Shown: piece after piece, positions 1 to 13,238 of the stretch
How the letters are laid out: each line of letters opens with the position of its first letter
Numbering within the stretch: position 1 is the stretch's first letter
Source: Picochlorum sp. SENEW3
Taxonomy: Eukaryota
Assembly: GCA_034226945.1 (NCBI GenBank)
Contig: CP120454.1
Coordinates: 248,001-312,000, forward strand
Reading direction: 5' to 3'
DNA length: 64,000 bases
The notes under the pieces: model-generated
Databases searched by the model: none
What the model saw: the letters and a program-made list of their open reading frames with translations, nothing else
Told to the model about the DNA's origin: nothing
Program-made: the position numbers and the translations under genes

Positions 1-282
1 GCAGCCCAAACGTGTGGGTTTCGACAAGAGTTCACACGCACTTCCTGATCTGTTTCTCTCATGAGGACGGACAGAAAAACCCTTGAATCATTCATATGGT
101 ATAGTTATATCATTCAGGGTTTTGATTTGACATATTGCTAGATGCAGCGTATAAAATTTCCCCCATTTGGAAGAAGAAGAAGAAGAAGAAGTTCCAAGGT
201 CTGCTCACAGTAGGCTTTTCTGGCATCCGGAACGTATTTTGACACGAGTGAGATTCTTGATACATGTTACTTTGTTGCCTCG

Positions 283-3200
283 ATGAGTGGGAATGCAGTA
301 GACAGCGTGCTTCAGAAGCTCAAACACCAACTGGTCGTTGGGGGTGACACTCGTTCAACTCGTACCATGCATCACGCATCAGAGGGTGCTGAGGGCCAAG
401 GTAGCATACCTACTACGCTACATTTGGGTCATTCAGGCTTGAGTAAGGGTTATCGGAGGGACCATAAGCATATTGTGAGGTTTCTTGTCATGAAGATGAG
501 TTGGAGGGGGCTGTACCGGAGAATCATGACGGTCACTCGCGACGTGGACAATTCTGTCCTCTTGGAGACATATCATCCCGAAACTGGGGCTTTGACAAAC
601 TCATGGCCTCTGACTCAAGATGTGGTAGGCTTGTCGATAGGTGGTGAGCATCCCCATGAAGGTGGGATATTTATGTTGACTGTACGGAAGGGTGGTGGGA
701 CAAAAGAGGTGAAGTTTGCGTGTCAGGAACGAGCTGGTCTCGTAGAAGTATTATATTCTGTCATGTATCGATACGTTAGTGTGGCTGGGAATGTGGCATT
801 TGTTCCTCCATCTGAAGTCCTTCATGCCTACAAGATCTCGAAGAAGACACAGCAATGGAAGAAGGTTTTGCTTCGAATGAGTGCAATCGGATTAGACCAG
901 ATTGATGATAGGACGAAAGAAGTGACGTGGAGATGGCGGTTCTTGCACGTCTCTAAACCAGGGATTCGGTTGCTTGGAAGGGGGAACACGTCCTGTCCCC
1001 CTGGTCATCAGGTGCTTGCTTTGTTTAGTGCTACTGGGAAGTCGCCTCGTATTTTCGCCTTCAAGAATAGACAAGAATTTTGCTCCTCAGTTTCTAGTGT
1101 TGCTGTGAAATGCATGGGCATAGAGTTGGAGATTGACCATACAACGGAAGGGTTGGATCCAGAGGACTTGTTCACAGGACTTGCTACTGCAGAGAATGAA
1201 AAGGCCCTTGCCTCGGGAGAATCCCCATTATCCGAGTGGGATGTTCTAAAAGTGAAGTTGAAAGATGATGAATCTTTCATCTCTGGAAAAGATCATAAGG
1301 TCGCTCCTCGCCGATTGATACTCACCCGGCAGTCATTCATGGAGCGAAATTCAGACAATTATGATATTTGTGAATGGAGATCGCTGTCATCGATAGCTTG
1401 TCTGATACGGTATGCACAAGATCCTCAATGGATTGGAATTGAATGGGGTGATGGATCAGAAAGGGATGTGTTCATCACAAAGGAGAGGGAAGCCCTCTTG
1501 ACATCCCTCGTGTACACAGCCCAGCAGAGTGCAAAGCGGCCAATCGAAGTTTTGCCATTCACTGTTGGATCAGGGCATCCTCTAATTCGTATGCATTATC
1601 ATCCGGTTGGGTCTCCGGCTATTTTTCATGACACGGTCACGGAATTGATTTCCCTGCACATGCTTCAAGATGCATGCAACAAGTTCATTCAGTCGGGTGG
1701 CACTAATCTATCATTGGAAGCTCTTGCCCTTGCTGCTCTGGAAGCTTCCCCTGATTGCCCACTTGAGATGACACAAAATGATCATGAAGTTTCTACGATG
1801 GTCATTGGGCAACTTGAACAGCGGATTCTAGAATTCAATGCCAGTGTTCCGTACTTTGGCCTTGCTCGAGGTATGCCTTTTTATGTACATCTTCCTGGGG
1901 CAAAAATATTTCTTCACTAATATCCTTTGTTTGTAGAGAGTGTCGTTGAGCACTATGTAGTTGATACACTTCTGAGTTTGCTTCCCAAACCGACGATGGG
2001 ATATCATTCAGTAGGGGCTCTGACTCAAGATGAGGAAAGGTTGGTTCTCATGGCCCTACACGCTCTTCAAAGAGTCTCTAGTAGTAATTCAGCGAATTCG
2101 TATATACTTGGTCTTGGGGGATCATTTAAGAAGGTATATTACTGTCTTGGATGCAATAATGACCATGTTTCAGTTGAAGCAGCCCGTCTCATGTTGAGAT
2201 TCTTCCTAGGAACAAACGATGCGAGCCTGCTCGGAGAGCCATCGTGGTCGGAGAACTTTGCAAGCGATGCTGATCCAATGAAGCGTCATGAAGTACTAAT
2301 GGCTTCTCGTATGGCAAAATCAGTATGCTTTATGACCGACTCTCGTTGCGCCTCGATTGTTGAGCCTTTGAAAAGCAGGGCCATAGTTTCTCCTTTCCTT
2401 GGCAGTGTCATCATGGAAATTGTTGTCAGTGTTGCATGCTTTCCTGGAGCAGAAACTACAGATATGGCTACGAGAGAAACAATGATTGTGGAGGTTTCAT
2501 CACTAGGAAGAACTTTGTTCAGTCTCTTTAGTGATGCTAGACTGCCTGTGTATGACGGGCTGGCGCTTGTGATGAGAACTTTGGCTGAAGGAGGATCCAA
2601 AGCTGCCGAACCAATGAGACAGGCTGCTCTACAGGAAGGTGCGGTTCTGACACATTTAAGGATCGCAATGTCAGCAGATCGAAACGATGATGATCGCATC
2701 ACTAGCAGAGAACTTGTTTCTCTATGGTGTGATGGATACAAACCTGCAATGGAACTATTGAGACGGATTTTCCCGGCAGGGTTGACTGTTTATATGGACA
2801 GAAATAGCAGAAAGACTAGAAATAATGCGACTAGACCGGACTCAGGAGGTAATGGATATCATAGCAGAAATACTAGTGGAGGGGATATGTCAGCCATATA
2901 CTTTGCTGGAAAGGGGCATCAGTTAGCTTTCCCATTTCTTCAGGGAGACTGGAGTGAGTTCTGGAGTCATGTTGACCAGGATTACCATCATGCAGGCCTC
3001 ATTTGGAATGAGACTTGTCGGAGTGAACTCAGGCAGTCTCTGAAGAATGAAGAGAGCATGCTTAAAGTGGGCAGGCAGAAAATGAGTGAGGAACATGCCC
3101 AGATCCCAGCATGGAATGCAGGGGATTTCAGTATCAGGTACTCTTCTCTCGTCCCTCACATTCAGGTTGGAAACGTGTATATCAAGTTGTTGGTTGAATC

Positions 3201-6200
3201 AAATGATGAAACAGTTCTCGATTATATTCGAGACCCGAAAGGTTTTATTTCCTCTGCATATGTTGCCTTTCTGAAATTAGATGACTCATTCAGATCACAA
3301 CACATCCAGCATAGCACCTCTCGTCAGGAGTCTCAATGCTTGTGTTTGAAAGCCATGTCAATGGTATACTGTCGATATAGCTCCATTATTGGGCCATTTG
3401 AGGAGCTATCTCACATTCTTAGGATTATGGATACAACTGGAAACAGGAAGATGCGATACTATTGTATGGAGCTGATTCATTCATTTATTTGCCCTGACCA
3501 CGTGGGTGACGATGATGAGATTCGAAGAATCGCAAAAGAAAATGCCATGAGATTGTCCCAGCATGAGGGCATTCCTCTCCTTTGTGATGCTGCAGCAACA
3601 ATCCATGAAGTCGTGAGCTCCTCCAGCGCGTCAAAGGACACAAAGTTGATTACCAGTGCATTTCAGGATATTGAGCCCAAGCTTTGGTTTTATGCGGGAT
3701 ATGATCTCCTAGATAAGGTTGCCATTGAGAATAAAGACGATCTGATGAAAACATTCAATATGAGGAAACAAGGACCAGTCACAAAGAAAGAGATCCGTTC
3801 GCTTTTCCGCAATGGGAGTATCGGAAACAGTACATATGTTTCTAGAATTGGAATGAAGTACCCAGCAGTTTTGGAAAGCATAAGGGAACTTTATTGGTGG
3901 TCTGCTGAAGGAGTCGCTCCTTTCTCAGAGAGAGATTTTTCCCTGACTGCTTTGGATGTGTTGACAGGAATATTCCAACTCTGTCCAGCAAAGGATCCGA
4001 TCAGTGGAATTCAATTACTTCCATTACCTATATGCCATCGACAAATGTCTAAGAAAACTTGCGTCTCTAGAATTGCTCAGACGTTGCTCACAAATGACCC
4101 TGAGTTCGTCAATAAATCATGCAATTTGCTCTCAGTCTATATTAGTCAGAATAGTGACGCTATGAAAACCATCTATCAGACAGGAATTTTCTTTTACATA
4201 CTAGCGTACAGTGGTTCTGACCTCATTGAAGCTGGGAAGTTCTTGAGATTATCTCATTTGCAGCAAAAATTCATGCAATCGGATGGGATATCAGCAACCT
4301 GCTCGTTATCTCAGAACTCTATTTTGGGAGATTTGTTGCCAGGTATGTGACTTTGCAGTTGTACTTATTGTAGCTTGACAACACTGTTATTTATTTTTTT
4401 CTACGATTGTACAGAATCTTTGCTTTTCATTCTTGAAAGCTATGGTCATGAAGCGTTCGCTACTGCAATCACAGGAAACTCTGAAAGTCCAGAAATTATT
4501 TGGACACATGAGATGCGCTGCCAGAAACTCATACCTCATCTATGGAATCACATAGGAGACTTTACCAGGCTGCTCAAAGAGTCTTGGTCAATTTCATATG
4601 ATTATTATCCCTGTCCTCCGATTGTGTATGAAGAGATTCAGGAAGAAATATGGTGTCATAGATACTATTTGCGCCACCTTTGCAATACTTCTCAGTATCC
4701 CAATTGGAACATAGTGGATCATGTCGAATTGCTGCAAGCTATATTAGGAGCGTGGAAAGCAGAACTTGCTAAAGTTGGAGTTCAAGGTATGAGCCTGGCT
4801 GAAGCAGCGAAGGTGTTGGAATTGGACCCTTCAAGTAGCATAGATGAATCTGAGATGAAGAAGGCGTACCGGAGACTTGCCAAAAAGTATCACCCAGATC
4901 GCAATCCTGCTGGTCGGGAGCATTTCCAGTTAGTTCATGATGCATATGTCAGGCTTCATTCTGCACGTGAAGAAATATTGGGGCCTAGAGATTGGTGTAT
5001 TCTGTTGTACCTCAAGGCGCAATGTTTGCTATACAGTCGCTATCCTGAGAGCCTTGCAGAATTCAAATATGCAGGATACCCATATCTTATTGCATCGCTT
5101 TCTCTATCGAATGAGATGGATAATGAAGAGTATGCTCAGATTTTGTCCGGCAAATTCATTCCGATTCTGCAGTCTTCCTTGCATCTCTGCTGGTTGACCT
5201 GTGAGGTTTCCGAACTAAATGCAGAGGAGTTGATGAGATCAGACGGCATCAGAGTACTGGAGAGCATATTTTCAAGATGTGTCTCCATCACATCCAGAGA
5301 AGCATCTTTGTCTGACCCTCAAATTTTCATAATGGTGAACATTTTGAAAACATTTGGTGCGATGGCCAAATTTGAGTCAGCCCGCCTAGATCTTGAGGAG
5401 AGGCACCAGTTGATGAAGGATGTCATCAGATGCTGCGAATTTACTCGAGCAACTAATGTCGTGGCATTTTCCTTACAACTGATTGGAGAGATGACAAATT
5501 CTTTGAGAGCTAGAACAACTTTGATTCAAGAAAAGGCCGTGACAACTTTGATACCTTTACTGTTTGGATATGATTGTGCTAGTACCTTGGACAAGAAAGC
5601 ATCTGAGAATCGGAGTGACAACACTTATGAATACTTGGGTAGTACTCCAAATGATGTTGTGAATACTCAGCAAGATCTTCACGAAATATCGTTGCTTGCA
5701 TGTGAAGCGCTTGCAAAGTTGTTCTCCCAGGCGGGGGCACCTGATGATGAGACAGATGTCGTAGACCTAGGAAGGAGAGCTTTCCGAGCATTATTTACTC
5801 CACCAGTAGCACAATATATATCTAGCGGTCACACGTTCTTGGGATATATAAACAATCACGTGCAGAATCATACAGTCATATGGACTGAAGGGATGAAATC
5901 CCAACTGGATGAAACTCTTCAGTCTCTTGAAGAGATGGAGTCTCATGCATGCTTAGTGAATGCTGCTGACACTCAATATGCGAATCTAGTCGGGGAGACT
6001 TATATATCAGGAGTATACATTCGTCTTTTTTGCGAGCGCCCTTCAAAAGAAGGATTTAAGGAAGTAGAATTCTGCAAAGATCTTGTTAAAGTCATGCACA
6101 CATTGGAGCATTTGGGAACCTCAGACTCTTGCACCATCACATCTGCTACAGATAGCTTAGAAAGGCCAGGAAATAAGATTGAACGCAGACAAGACGAGTC

Positions 6201-8089
6201 TTGGGAATCGATGATCAGTAGGAATATTATATTATGCCTCAGGTCACTCCAGAGCCTCCTGATGTTGTCCCCCAAACTACTGGGTCTCCTCTCTACTGTG
6301 GCGAGCATTGAGCCTATCGCATCGGTCTTGTTACAGGGATGTCTCTTCTGTCCTCCGGATCCATCTCTAGGAGAATTACAAGCAATCAATCATACTGCTG
6401 GCCCTGCATTTGTTCAGCCATGCGATATGCTGAATGCCACAGAAGTTAGCATCGCTGTCTTCGTGACTCTGTCATCCAATGCAAAATGCCTCACAGCGAT
6501 AGCCCAGCCGAACATTCCACTGATGCTCAGTTTTGTTATCGATGCTCCTCCCAATATGCGAATCCTGAAGGATGCGTGTGAATGTCTGTTCAATATGGCA
6601 GAGAAAGATGCCTTTTCAAGTTTTGTTTCAGAAGGAGGACTCTTGTACCTGTTAAAATTTGCACTTGGGGATATTCCTGAGGGACTCGAAGCAACAAAAG
6701 CATCGCAGTTGGTTGAACTAAAGCAATCATGTCTTCATTCAGTAATCAAATCAGCTTCCAACGGGTTGCATGGGCAAAAGGTTATTATTCTGCTGGAGAG
6801 ACTGCTGCCTAAAGGCCTGGTTGCACAGCTTATGGTATGTTCAGATATCAGAATATCCATGTGATAAGCTCCCTATACTTTCACCTTCTTTTGGTTGCAG
6901 GATGATGAAATAGACGCCGCCTACGAAGCGTTAATGTCTTCAAGGAAGACACCAGAAGTCATCTGGAACCCTGGTATGCTCCATGACTTGCAAGGCACTT
7001 TGGTTGATCTCTGTCAACAGGCCCGGCTAGATCAGCAGCGTGACCTAATATCCGGATCAACAAAGAAAGCGTCAGGATGGTTTATTCCAAAAGAATTCAT
7101 GATCAGATATGATGCCTTGGAGGGCCACACCGAGGTAGATGGGGTATTCATCGATTTGCTGTTACAAAACCCTGGTTATCCCATAAGGTATGATCATATT
7201 CTTTTTCTGAGGTGTATTCACCCTATCTTATTATCATATCAACAAATATTCGTGCAGAAATCCCAGAAGTCTTCTAGATGCATCGTTGAAGGCCTTTATT
7301 GATGAAAGCCAAGATTCGCAGCCCAAGGAAGACTTGGGATTGCCGGACTCTGCTCTTGTAGATGTCATATTGCTCCTTTTGAGCACCCATCCTTCATTAG
7401 CGGACTATGCGGTATCATCGGGTCATCTAACAACCATTTTTACCTTGATGAAAGATGTTTCCTTACAGAAGTCTGCAAGAGCCGTGAAGTACCTCAGAAT
7501 ATCCCATGCAATCTCCATCAGCAACATGTCATCAGAAGCAATGGCTAGAGCCCACCCTCCAGTCTTACATTCTTTAATGAAAGCACTAGAGGGATCTGAG
7601 TCGACGATGCAAATTCTATCCCTCGAGATTATAAAACGTGCCATGGGACCAACACAGAAAGCAAGAGATATTCTCATCAGATCAGGCCTTGATCTGAATC
7701 TGTTACCTGCCTTGCTGAACATTTTGAATTGGAAGGAAAGCGAGTCTATGGAAAAAAGCGATGCAATAAATATGATGCGCTTCTTATGTGTTGAGATCAT
7801 CCGACTAATGGAACTCGAAGGCCCTAACCAAGGTGCTGTAACATCAGCTGTGGCAGCCTCTCCTATTTGGGCTGCATATAAGGATCAGCGCCATGACATG
7901 TTCCTGCCATCTGGTGCAAATCAATCCAATAGTCTAATAGGAATGCTTGAGGGATCACAGCCTTACATGCTCGCAGCTGGGGAGAGCAATAATACTGAGG
8001 AAGAGGTACTGGGAGATGACTTGATCCAAGAGGTGATGAAGCAAGCTACAGAGAGCACAGCAAAGGATGAGGATACTCAAGACCTTTGA
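283..8089 (+). CDS. GRV2: DnaJ domain protein RME-8/GRV2 (DNAJC13 homolog), endosomal trafficking; 5 exons, ~2510 aa
   Basis: Five consecutive + ORFs joined by phase-consistent GT-AG introns 1871-1936, 4343-4414, 6835-6900 and 7188-7257. Central J domain (KKAYRRLAKKYHPDRNP), four IWN-type repeats (LIWNE, IIWTH, VIWTE, VIWNP), a GYF-like segment (WFYAG...QGPVTKKEI) and C-terminal WAAYKDQRHDMFL. Confidence 0.95.
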
Positions 8090-8232
8090 ACAAATTTAGA
8101 CTAGTGTTTGGCACTCATATGGAAAAGGTTATTGTTCAAGACGGTTTACTCCCATAAACAAGTGTCACGAACTATGGTTACAGGAATGTGCTACCAACCA
8201 ATTGTCAATAATATTGCCAATAGCATGCCCAG

Positions 8233-11200
8233 CTACATAGTCTGTAACATGTCGTATAAAATGTTTTCTTCTTCGCTCACGGGGACAGGGACCTCTGACT
8301 TGTTCCTCTTTAATCTCTCTACCTGATCATAATAGACCATTATGTGATGCTTTAATTGTCGCCACATGTCATTGTCTGAGATTACGTCTTCCAGCCCTTT
8401 CATCTCCCGCATCTGTCCCTCAATCAGATTTCTCACATCAAGAATTGTCGTCAGCATGCTATTAATTGCCTGGTTGATGTCTGGGGCATTGCAGCAGGAC
8501 AAGATGCGACGTGCAGCATCATAAATATATTGTCTGTGAATGTCAATCATATCATGAATTGTTTCAGGTCGTTCATCCGAAGTAGACTTGTGATCGAAAG
8601 CATGTTGTACCCGCTTCCAAGATGCCCCGCTACAGCAGTCCTTGTACATCTGAGAAATAGAATCAAGGTTACGGTGGCTCTCAAACAGGAACGAATGTAT
8701 CACTCTCAATCTACTCTTCCAAACAAGATATTCTGGTTCTGTATGCATTGATCTACGAATCAGATCACGAGGAGATACTAATCTGCGCAGAGCCTTGAGA
8801 GAAAAAAGAACTCTACTGATTCTCAGATTCATATTGAAAACAGCAGCATATGCAGTTAACGTTTCATCAGAAAATAAGGCACCCATCGGCCATGGAGGTT
8901 CGAATGATACGTATATGCAATCGTACGCATTTAATCCTGAAGGAGGAATCAATACAGGGGCCATCGCACTATAGTATGGTGCTTTGATCCGAATAGCATC
9001 AGAATACTCCATACCAACACCAAATGCTTCTTGCACATTGGTGAGAGCATTGTCACCAGGCAACAAGTTTATTCTGAGGTACTCTACAAAATCAGAAGTT
9101 CGTAAACTCGAAATTGTCGATGCTTCAAACAAGATACTTTTCGCCTGATGCAATGAGAGAGGCTCCAGCGAGAATACAAGTGGCTCTAGGGCCTGAACAA
9201 ATTCAGATAGAAAATCCCCTGCAAATCCCAGAAATACCTGCCTCGCAAATTCGACAGCCATGAAAATGTCCAAATAGTCAATGAAAAGACTTGTACACGC
9301 TCTGGATACCATAGAGGCCTGTATTAGCAGAAGATCTTCTATAGAGGTCTCAAGGAGCATGGATAAAGGCAAACTAGAATTCAAAAGCACTTTCTCACAT
9401 GCAGTCTCCTTTGATTTTACTGAAGCTTTCCAGGGCTGCTTCCTTCTGCTATTTCCTAATGTACTCTTTCTTTGCATTAAATTTCGCAACCACTGCTGAA
9501 CAATACGCTGCTTTGATGTTGAGATTGAACCATTCCTATCCTCCACTCTCTCTGACCCAACCATCAGAGAGCCATCTACTGCGCACTCAACATTGCCATT
9601 CAAGAAATCAAACTCCTTGCCAATATTTTGCATCTCGAACCAGTGTTTTGGATTGCATGTCTCATCGAACGGTACCCCAGGATGCAAGTCCTCCCTCTTC
9701 TGTCCCAGCGAGATTGCTACATCATCTACCCCATCAATCTTTAGTGAGACATAATACAGGAGGCGTAGTTGGGTTCCTGCAACCGCAAGAGCTCTCTTTG
9801 ACTCATTTGATAAGAAATTAGGTATATCAGATGGGCCCACGTGGCTAATCCATGCATCAGACTTTGGAACTTTAGTACCTCCATTGTAACTTGGGGCATA
9901 CAAAACATATTCATTGCTTAATGGCCCTGTGTAGGAAGACTCTCCGTCCAAGTCACGGACTCCAAATGCCCATTTATATATGACGGACAAGTATGGAGCA
10001 AAAGCACCCAAAAGAAGTCGTTTTGCTAATGCTGCATGATCACCTTCCATCGAAAGACTCTTGTCATAAATGTATTCTAGCAGGCGGCACCCAGAGGGCA
10101 GTGTTGTGCCCCCCTCATCATTCCCATCGAGCTCTAAAAACTCAAAGAGACGGGTAAGAACTGACTGGACTCGAGAAGTCGAATGAGATAACTGCAGAAC
10201 AGACAGGCCCAGCCCACAAAATTCTCCACCCTGGGCATCTGTTTCCTCGGGAAGAGCAATGATAGGGTCCTCAAAATCAAAAAATGATCCTCTGATTGGC
10301 ATTGATTTGTTATTTTTGACATCACATTGCCCTTGAAACCCTGTTGATTTCATTCCCATTGGTTGCACCCAATTATCTGCCCCAGACCACTCAATCTCAA
10401 CCAACTCTCTGTCAATGTCATGCAAAATATCTTTCAGGGTATTTGCAAAAGCATATGTGATTGGATCAAGTGTATCCTGAGCTAGGGTCGTGTGGATATA
10501 CGACTCGATAGACACCCTACAGGTCGCAGAGCGTTCAAACGATGACAACATCCCTGCTATCGAAGGCCGGGCTAGAGCCTCTGGCATTGCCAGTCTCCCT
10601 CGTAACTTTGCCAACGATGCCCGGATACCATAAAGAGCAAGGAGAGCTTCTCTACTTATCCTCGATTCCTCGCCACTCCACAGACTGTCATTCTTTTGCT
10701 GCACAGATACCTCCGGGACAAAGCTGTTCAGATTCTGCTTCTCAATACCCCTCTCTAGTGCGTCAAGCCGCCCACCATTGCGATATAACGCATCATATTT
10801 CGTCTCCAGCTTTTCAAACGATGTCATTTTTCCCGGAGAGTGATCAATAAACAAAGAGCCAATTGACACCTTTACAGGGGACTTTGATGGATGCCAAGAG
10901 AAGGAATCCTTTTGCTCTCCATTCACCGAACCATTTCCTCTACAGATATCAATATCGCGATGCGTGACTCGTCTCTTCTTCTGATCCACAAACCATCCAA
11001 GTGCCAGAGGCCCCTCCATATCAAGCCCGTCACCACTTCCACCAGCACAAACTCCTGGAATACACTCTGAGCTCGGCTCGTCCTCAACGAACAAACCCCT
11101 ATTCATTTGCATTCGACACGATTGATGATCAATCTCCTGCACACCACGATGCGACACACCATGCAACTCATTCTCCTCATCCTCTCCAGCAGTAATCCTT

Positions 11201-11652
11201 GTCCCCTCCAGACATCTCAAAAACTCCACAACGCGCTCTCCTTCTGTACACACAAAGCCAGTTTGCTGCACATCATTGACTGTACCAAACCCTGCTGGGA
11301 GAAGAAGGTCACATCGCCCTGATTCCCTGTTCAAACTAGACTCAGACTGACGCTTCACTGACAAACGCTGCTCCAATTCCCAGACCCGTCCCGAAAGGGC
11401 TCTATCCTTGATATTTTCATGAACACTGTCCAAACCATGGATATCTCGTCCATCAACCCCATCAACGGGACTTGACAGTTGTTCGTTCAATCCCAACAAA
11501 CAAGAAAACGCAATATCTCTGTACAGACGGTACAGCGCATCCCTCGTTCTTGATCCAATATACCCTTCATCAATATTTCCACCATCTTCTGTAGCAAGAT
11601 GGTAGCATAACGCGGATACCAGGTGAGGGATGCCCAACAACGACTCGGTCAT
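8233..11652 (-). CDS. Gamma-tubulin complex component (Spc97/Spc98 family, GCP6-like)
   Basis: 1139-aa ORF with GRIP-type motifs (PYLSVIYKWAFG, IPNFLS...AGTQLRLL, RQVFLGFAGDF, PPWPMGALFS...YAAVF, IDIHRQYI). The subunit number is inferred from size. Confidence 0.75.
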   Translation of the reverse strand: MTESLLGIPHLVSALCYHLATEDGGNIDEGYIGSRTRDALYRLYRDIAFSCLLGLNEQLSSPVDGVDGRDIHGLDSVHENIKDRALSGRVWELEQRLSVKRQSESSLNRESGRCDLLLPAGFGTVNDVQQTGFVCTEGERVVEFLRCLEGTRITAGEDEENELHGVSHRGVQEIDHQSCRMQMNRGLFVEDEPSSECIPGVCAGGSGDGLDMEGPLALGWFVDQKKRRVTHRDIDICRGNGSVNGEQKDSFSWHPSKSPVKVSIGSLFIDHSPGKMTSFEKLETKYDALYRNGGRLDALERGIEKQNLNSFVPEVSVQQKNDSLWSGEESRISREALLALYGIRASLAKLRGRLAMPEALARPSIAGMLSSFERSATCRVSIESYIHTTLAQDTLDPITYAFANTLKDILHDIDRELVEIEWSGADNWVQPMGMKSTGFQGQCDVKNNKSMPIRGSFFDFEDPIIALPEETDAQGGEFCGLGLSVLQLSHSTSRVQSVLTRLFEFLELDGNDEGGTTLPSGCRLLEYIYDKSLSMEGDHAALAKRLLLGAFAPYLSVIYKWAFGVRDLDGESSYTGPLSNEYVLYAPSYNGGTKVPKSDAWISHVGPSDIPNFLSNESKRALAVAGTQLRLLYYVSLKIDGVDDVAISLGQKREDLHPGVPFDETCNPKHWFEMQNIGKEFDFLNGNVECAVDGSLMVGSERVEDRNGSISTSKQRIVQQWLRNLMQRKSTLGNSRRKQPWKASVKSKETACEKVLLNSSLPLSMLLETSIEDLLLIQASMVSRACTSLFIDYLDIFMAVEFARQVFLGFAGDFLSEFVQALEPLVFSLEPLSLHQAKSILFEASTISSLRTSDFVEYLRINLLPGDNALTNVQEAFGVGMEYSDAIRIKAPYYSAMAPVLIPPSGLNAYDCIYVSFEPPWPMGALFSDETLTAYAAVFNMNLRISRVLFSLKALRRLVSPRDLIRRSMHTEPEYLVWKSRLRVIHSFLFESHRNLDSISQMYKDCCSGASWKRVQHAFDHKSTSDERPETIHDMIDIHRQYIYDAARRILSCCNAPDINQAINSMLTTILDVRNLIEGQMREMKGLEDVISDNDMWRQLKHHIMVYYDQVERLKRNKSEVPVPVSEEENILYDMLQTM

Positions 11653-11720
11653 TGATTTGACTTTTCACACACAATTTTCATGATTTGAAGCTACATTACA
11701 ATTCAAAGATACATTTAATA

Positions 11721-12827
11721 CTATTGTTGCAGTGTTCGACTGGTTAAATTCAATCTAGAAGCCCGTGCTCGCGGGATTGCTGGTAGCGAGCGAAATTGGA
11801 AAAACAAGACTGTGACATTATCTCCGGGGGTGCCAGCATGCAACACGTCCCTCTGGCGTGATAGCGCCGCATCAACCAGCCACGATGCACAGTGCATACA
11901 TGCGTCGGTGAAATCTCCAGAGTCTTCGAGCGTTTCTGCTTGGGTGGCAGGGTCAGATGTGACCTGACGAAGCTGCCGTCTCACATCGGTGATGACGGAT
12001 GATTCTGGGGTGTAATAATCCCATACACCATCCGTAGCAGCCACCATGAACTCGTCTAATTCATCGAGTTGTTTTTTCTTCACATCTGGGGTGCAAAAGA
12101 GAGGACCATGCACCATGGTATAATCATCATCAGCAGAACGCCACTTGAGTGGAGGGCCTAGATCATAATCTCCTAGGGTTCTACATACATTGATATCACT
12201 TCCACCGATGTGATCAGAGAAGCATGAGACGCCAGCTGCTTCAAAACGTTGCTTTTCAGACTCCACAGGCGGATTGTGGGATTCCGTGAGCCCTTGGGCA
12301 CCTCCACGAACAGACAGAACAGCCTTACAGTCCCCTACATTGCTCGTGTACAACATACCGGTCTCTAATACTATCAAAGCAATCAACATGGTGGTCCCAC
12401 CTGTCATGCGATCATTCTTCACGTGGGATTCGAATGCTAATTTGTCCAACTCATACATGCAGTCACGCAAGCCCTGTTGAATTGCAGAGTCAACGGTCTC
12501 CTCTCCATGACTACCTGGGATGATTCTACGCTGTATTATAGGTACTAGAACGCTAGGCAGATTTGCCACGCACATCTCGGAGATCTCGTGTCCATGGTGT
12601 CCATCCAACACAGCCCCAACTGTGCACCTGTACTGTGCACCCAAACCTCTCACATAGAACGAAAAGGCATTCCATCGGTCATCTTGGGTTTTCCTCCCAC
12701 CGTAGGAGCATCCCACGCCCATGCTAATACCCCTATGAAGAGGAACATCGTCACTCTCGTGCGTAGATTCTGTTGCAGACATTTTCCAGGGGGGAAGCGA
12801 TATACTACCAGGCTCTGAGTAGACCAC
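11721..12827 (-). CDS. Protein phosphatase 2C (PPM family)
   Basis: Motifs QDDR, VLDGHHG, SNVGDCKAVL, CRTLGD, ATDGVWD and GDNVT. Confidence 0.92.
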   Translation of the reverse strand: MVYSEPGSISLPPWKMSATESTHESDDVPLHRGISMGVGCSYGGRKTQDDRWNAFSFYVRGLGAQYRCTVGAVLDGHHGHEISEMCVANLPSVLVPIIQRRIIPGSHGEETVDSAIQQGLRDCMYELDKLAFESHVKNDRMTGGTTMLIALIVLETGMLYTSNVGDCKAVLSVRGGAQGLTESHNPPVESEKQRFEAAGVSCFSDHIGGSDINVCRTLGDYDLGPPLKWRSADDDYTMVHGPLFCTPDVKKKQLDELDEFMVAATDGVWDYYTPESSVITDVRRQLRQVTSDPATQAETLEDSGDFTDACMHCASWLVDAALSRQRDVLHAGTPGDNVTVLFFQFRSLPAIPRARASRLNLTSRTLQQ

Positions 12828-13238
12828 TTATGGCGATAGATCACCAATACATTGGTTGATCGTGCATATATATGTGCATAAATAGTCAATTAATGGGTCG
12901 AACTGGGAAATGATTGTTTCTATCAAATACCACGTGTATCAAACAGTCACGATCCTTGTATCCGGTGAAACCATAATCATGGCATCTTTCTATACAGATG
13001 ATTCGACATCGACAACTATGTATTTATTTTCAAACTGATTTTGGTCTGACATGTGACCGTGGAGCAGGACTCGGGCAAATTCGATGTGAGATCAGGGGCC
13101 CTGATTCAGGGCTGTTGTATTAAAAATCTGTTGTACAGCACTCTACATGTATGTAGAGGGTAGATCTGTTACGGTGGAAATTGACTTGCATCAGACGTAA
13201 AAGACACGAAAACAATAAAAGATATTTGGACATTCAGT

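Noticed and set aside
283..8089. Apparently fragmented or pseudogenised large gene
   Set aside because: All breaks are explained by phase-consistent GT-AG introns.
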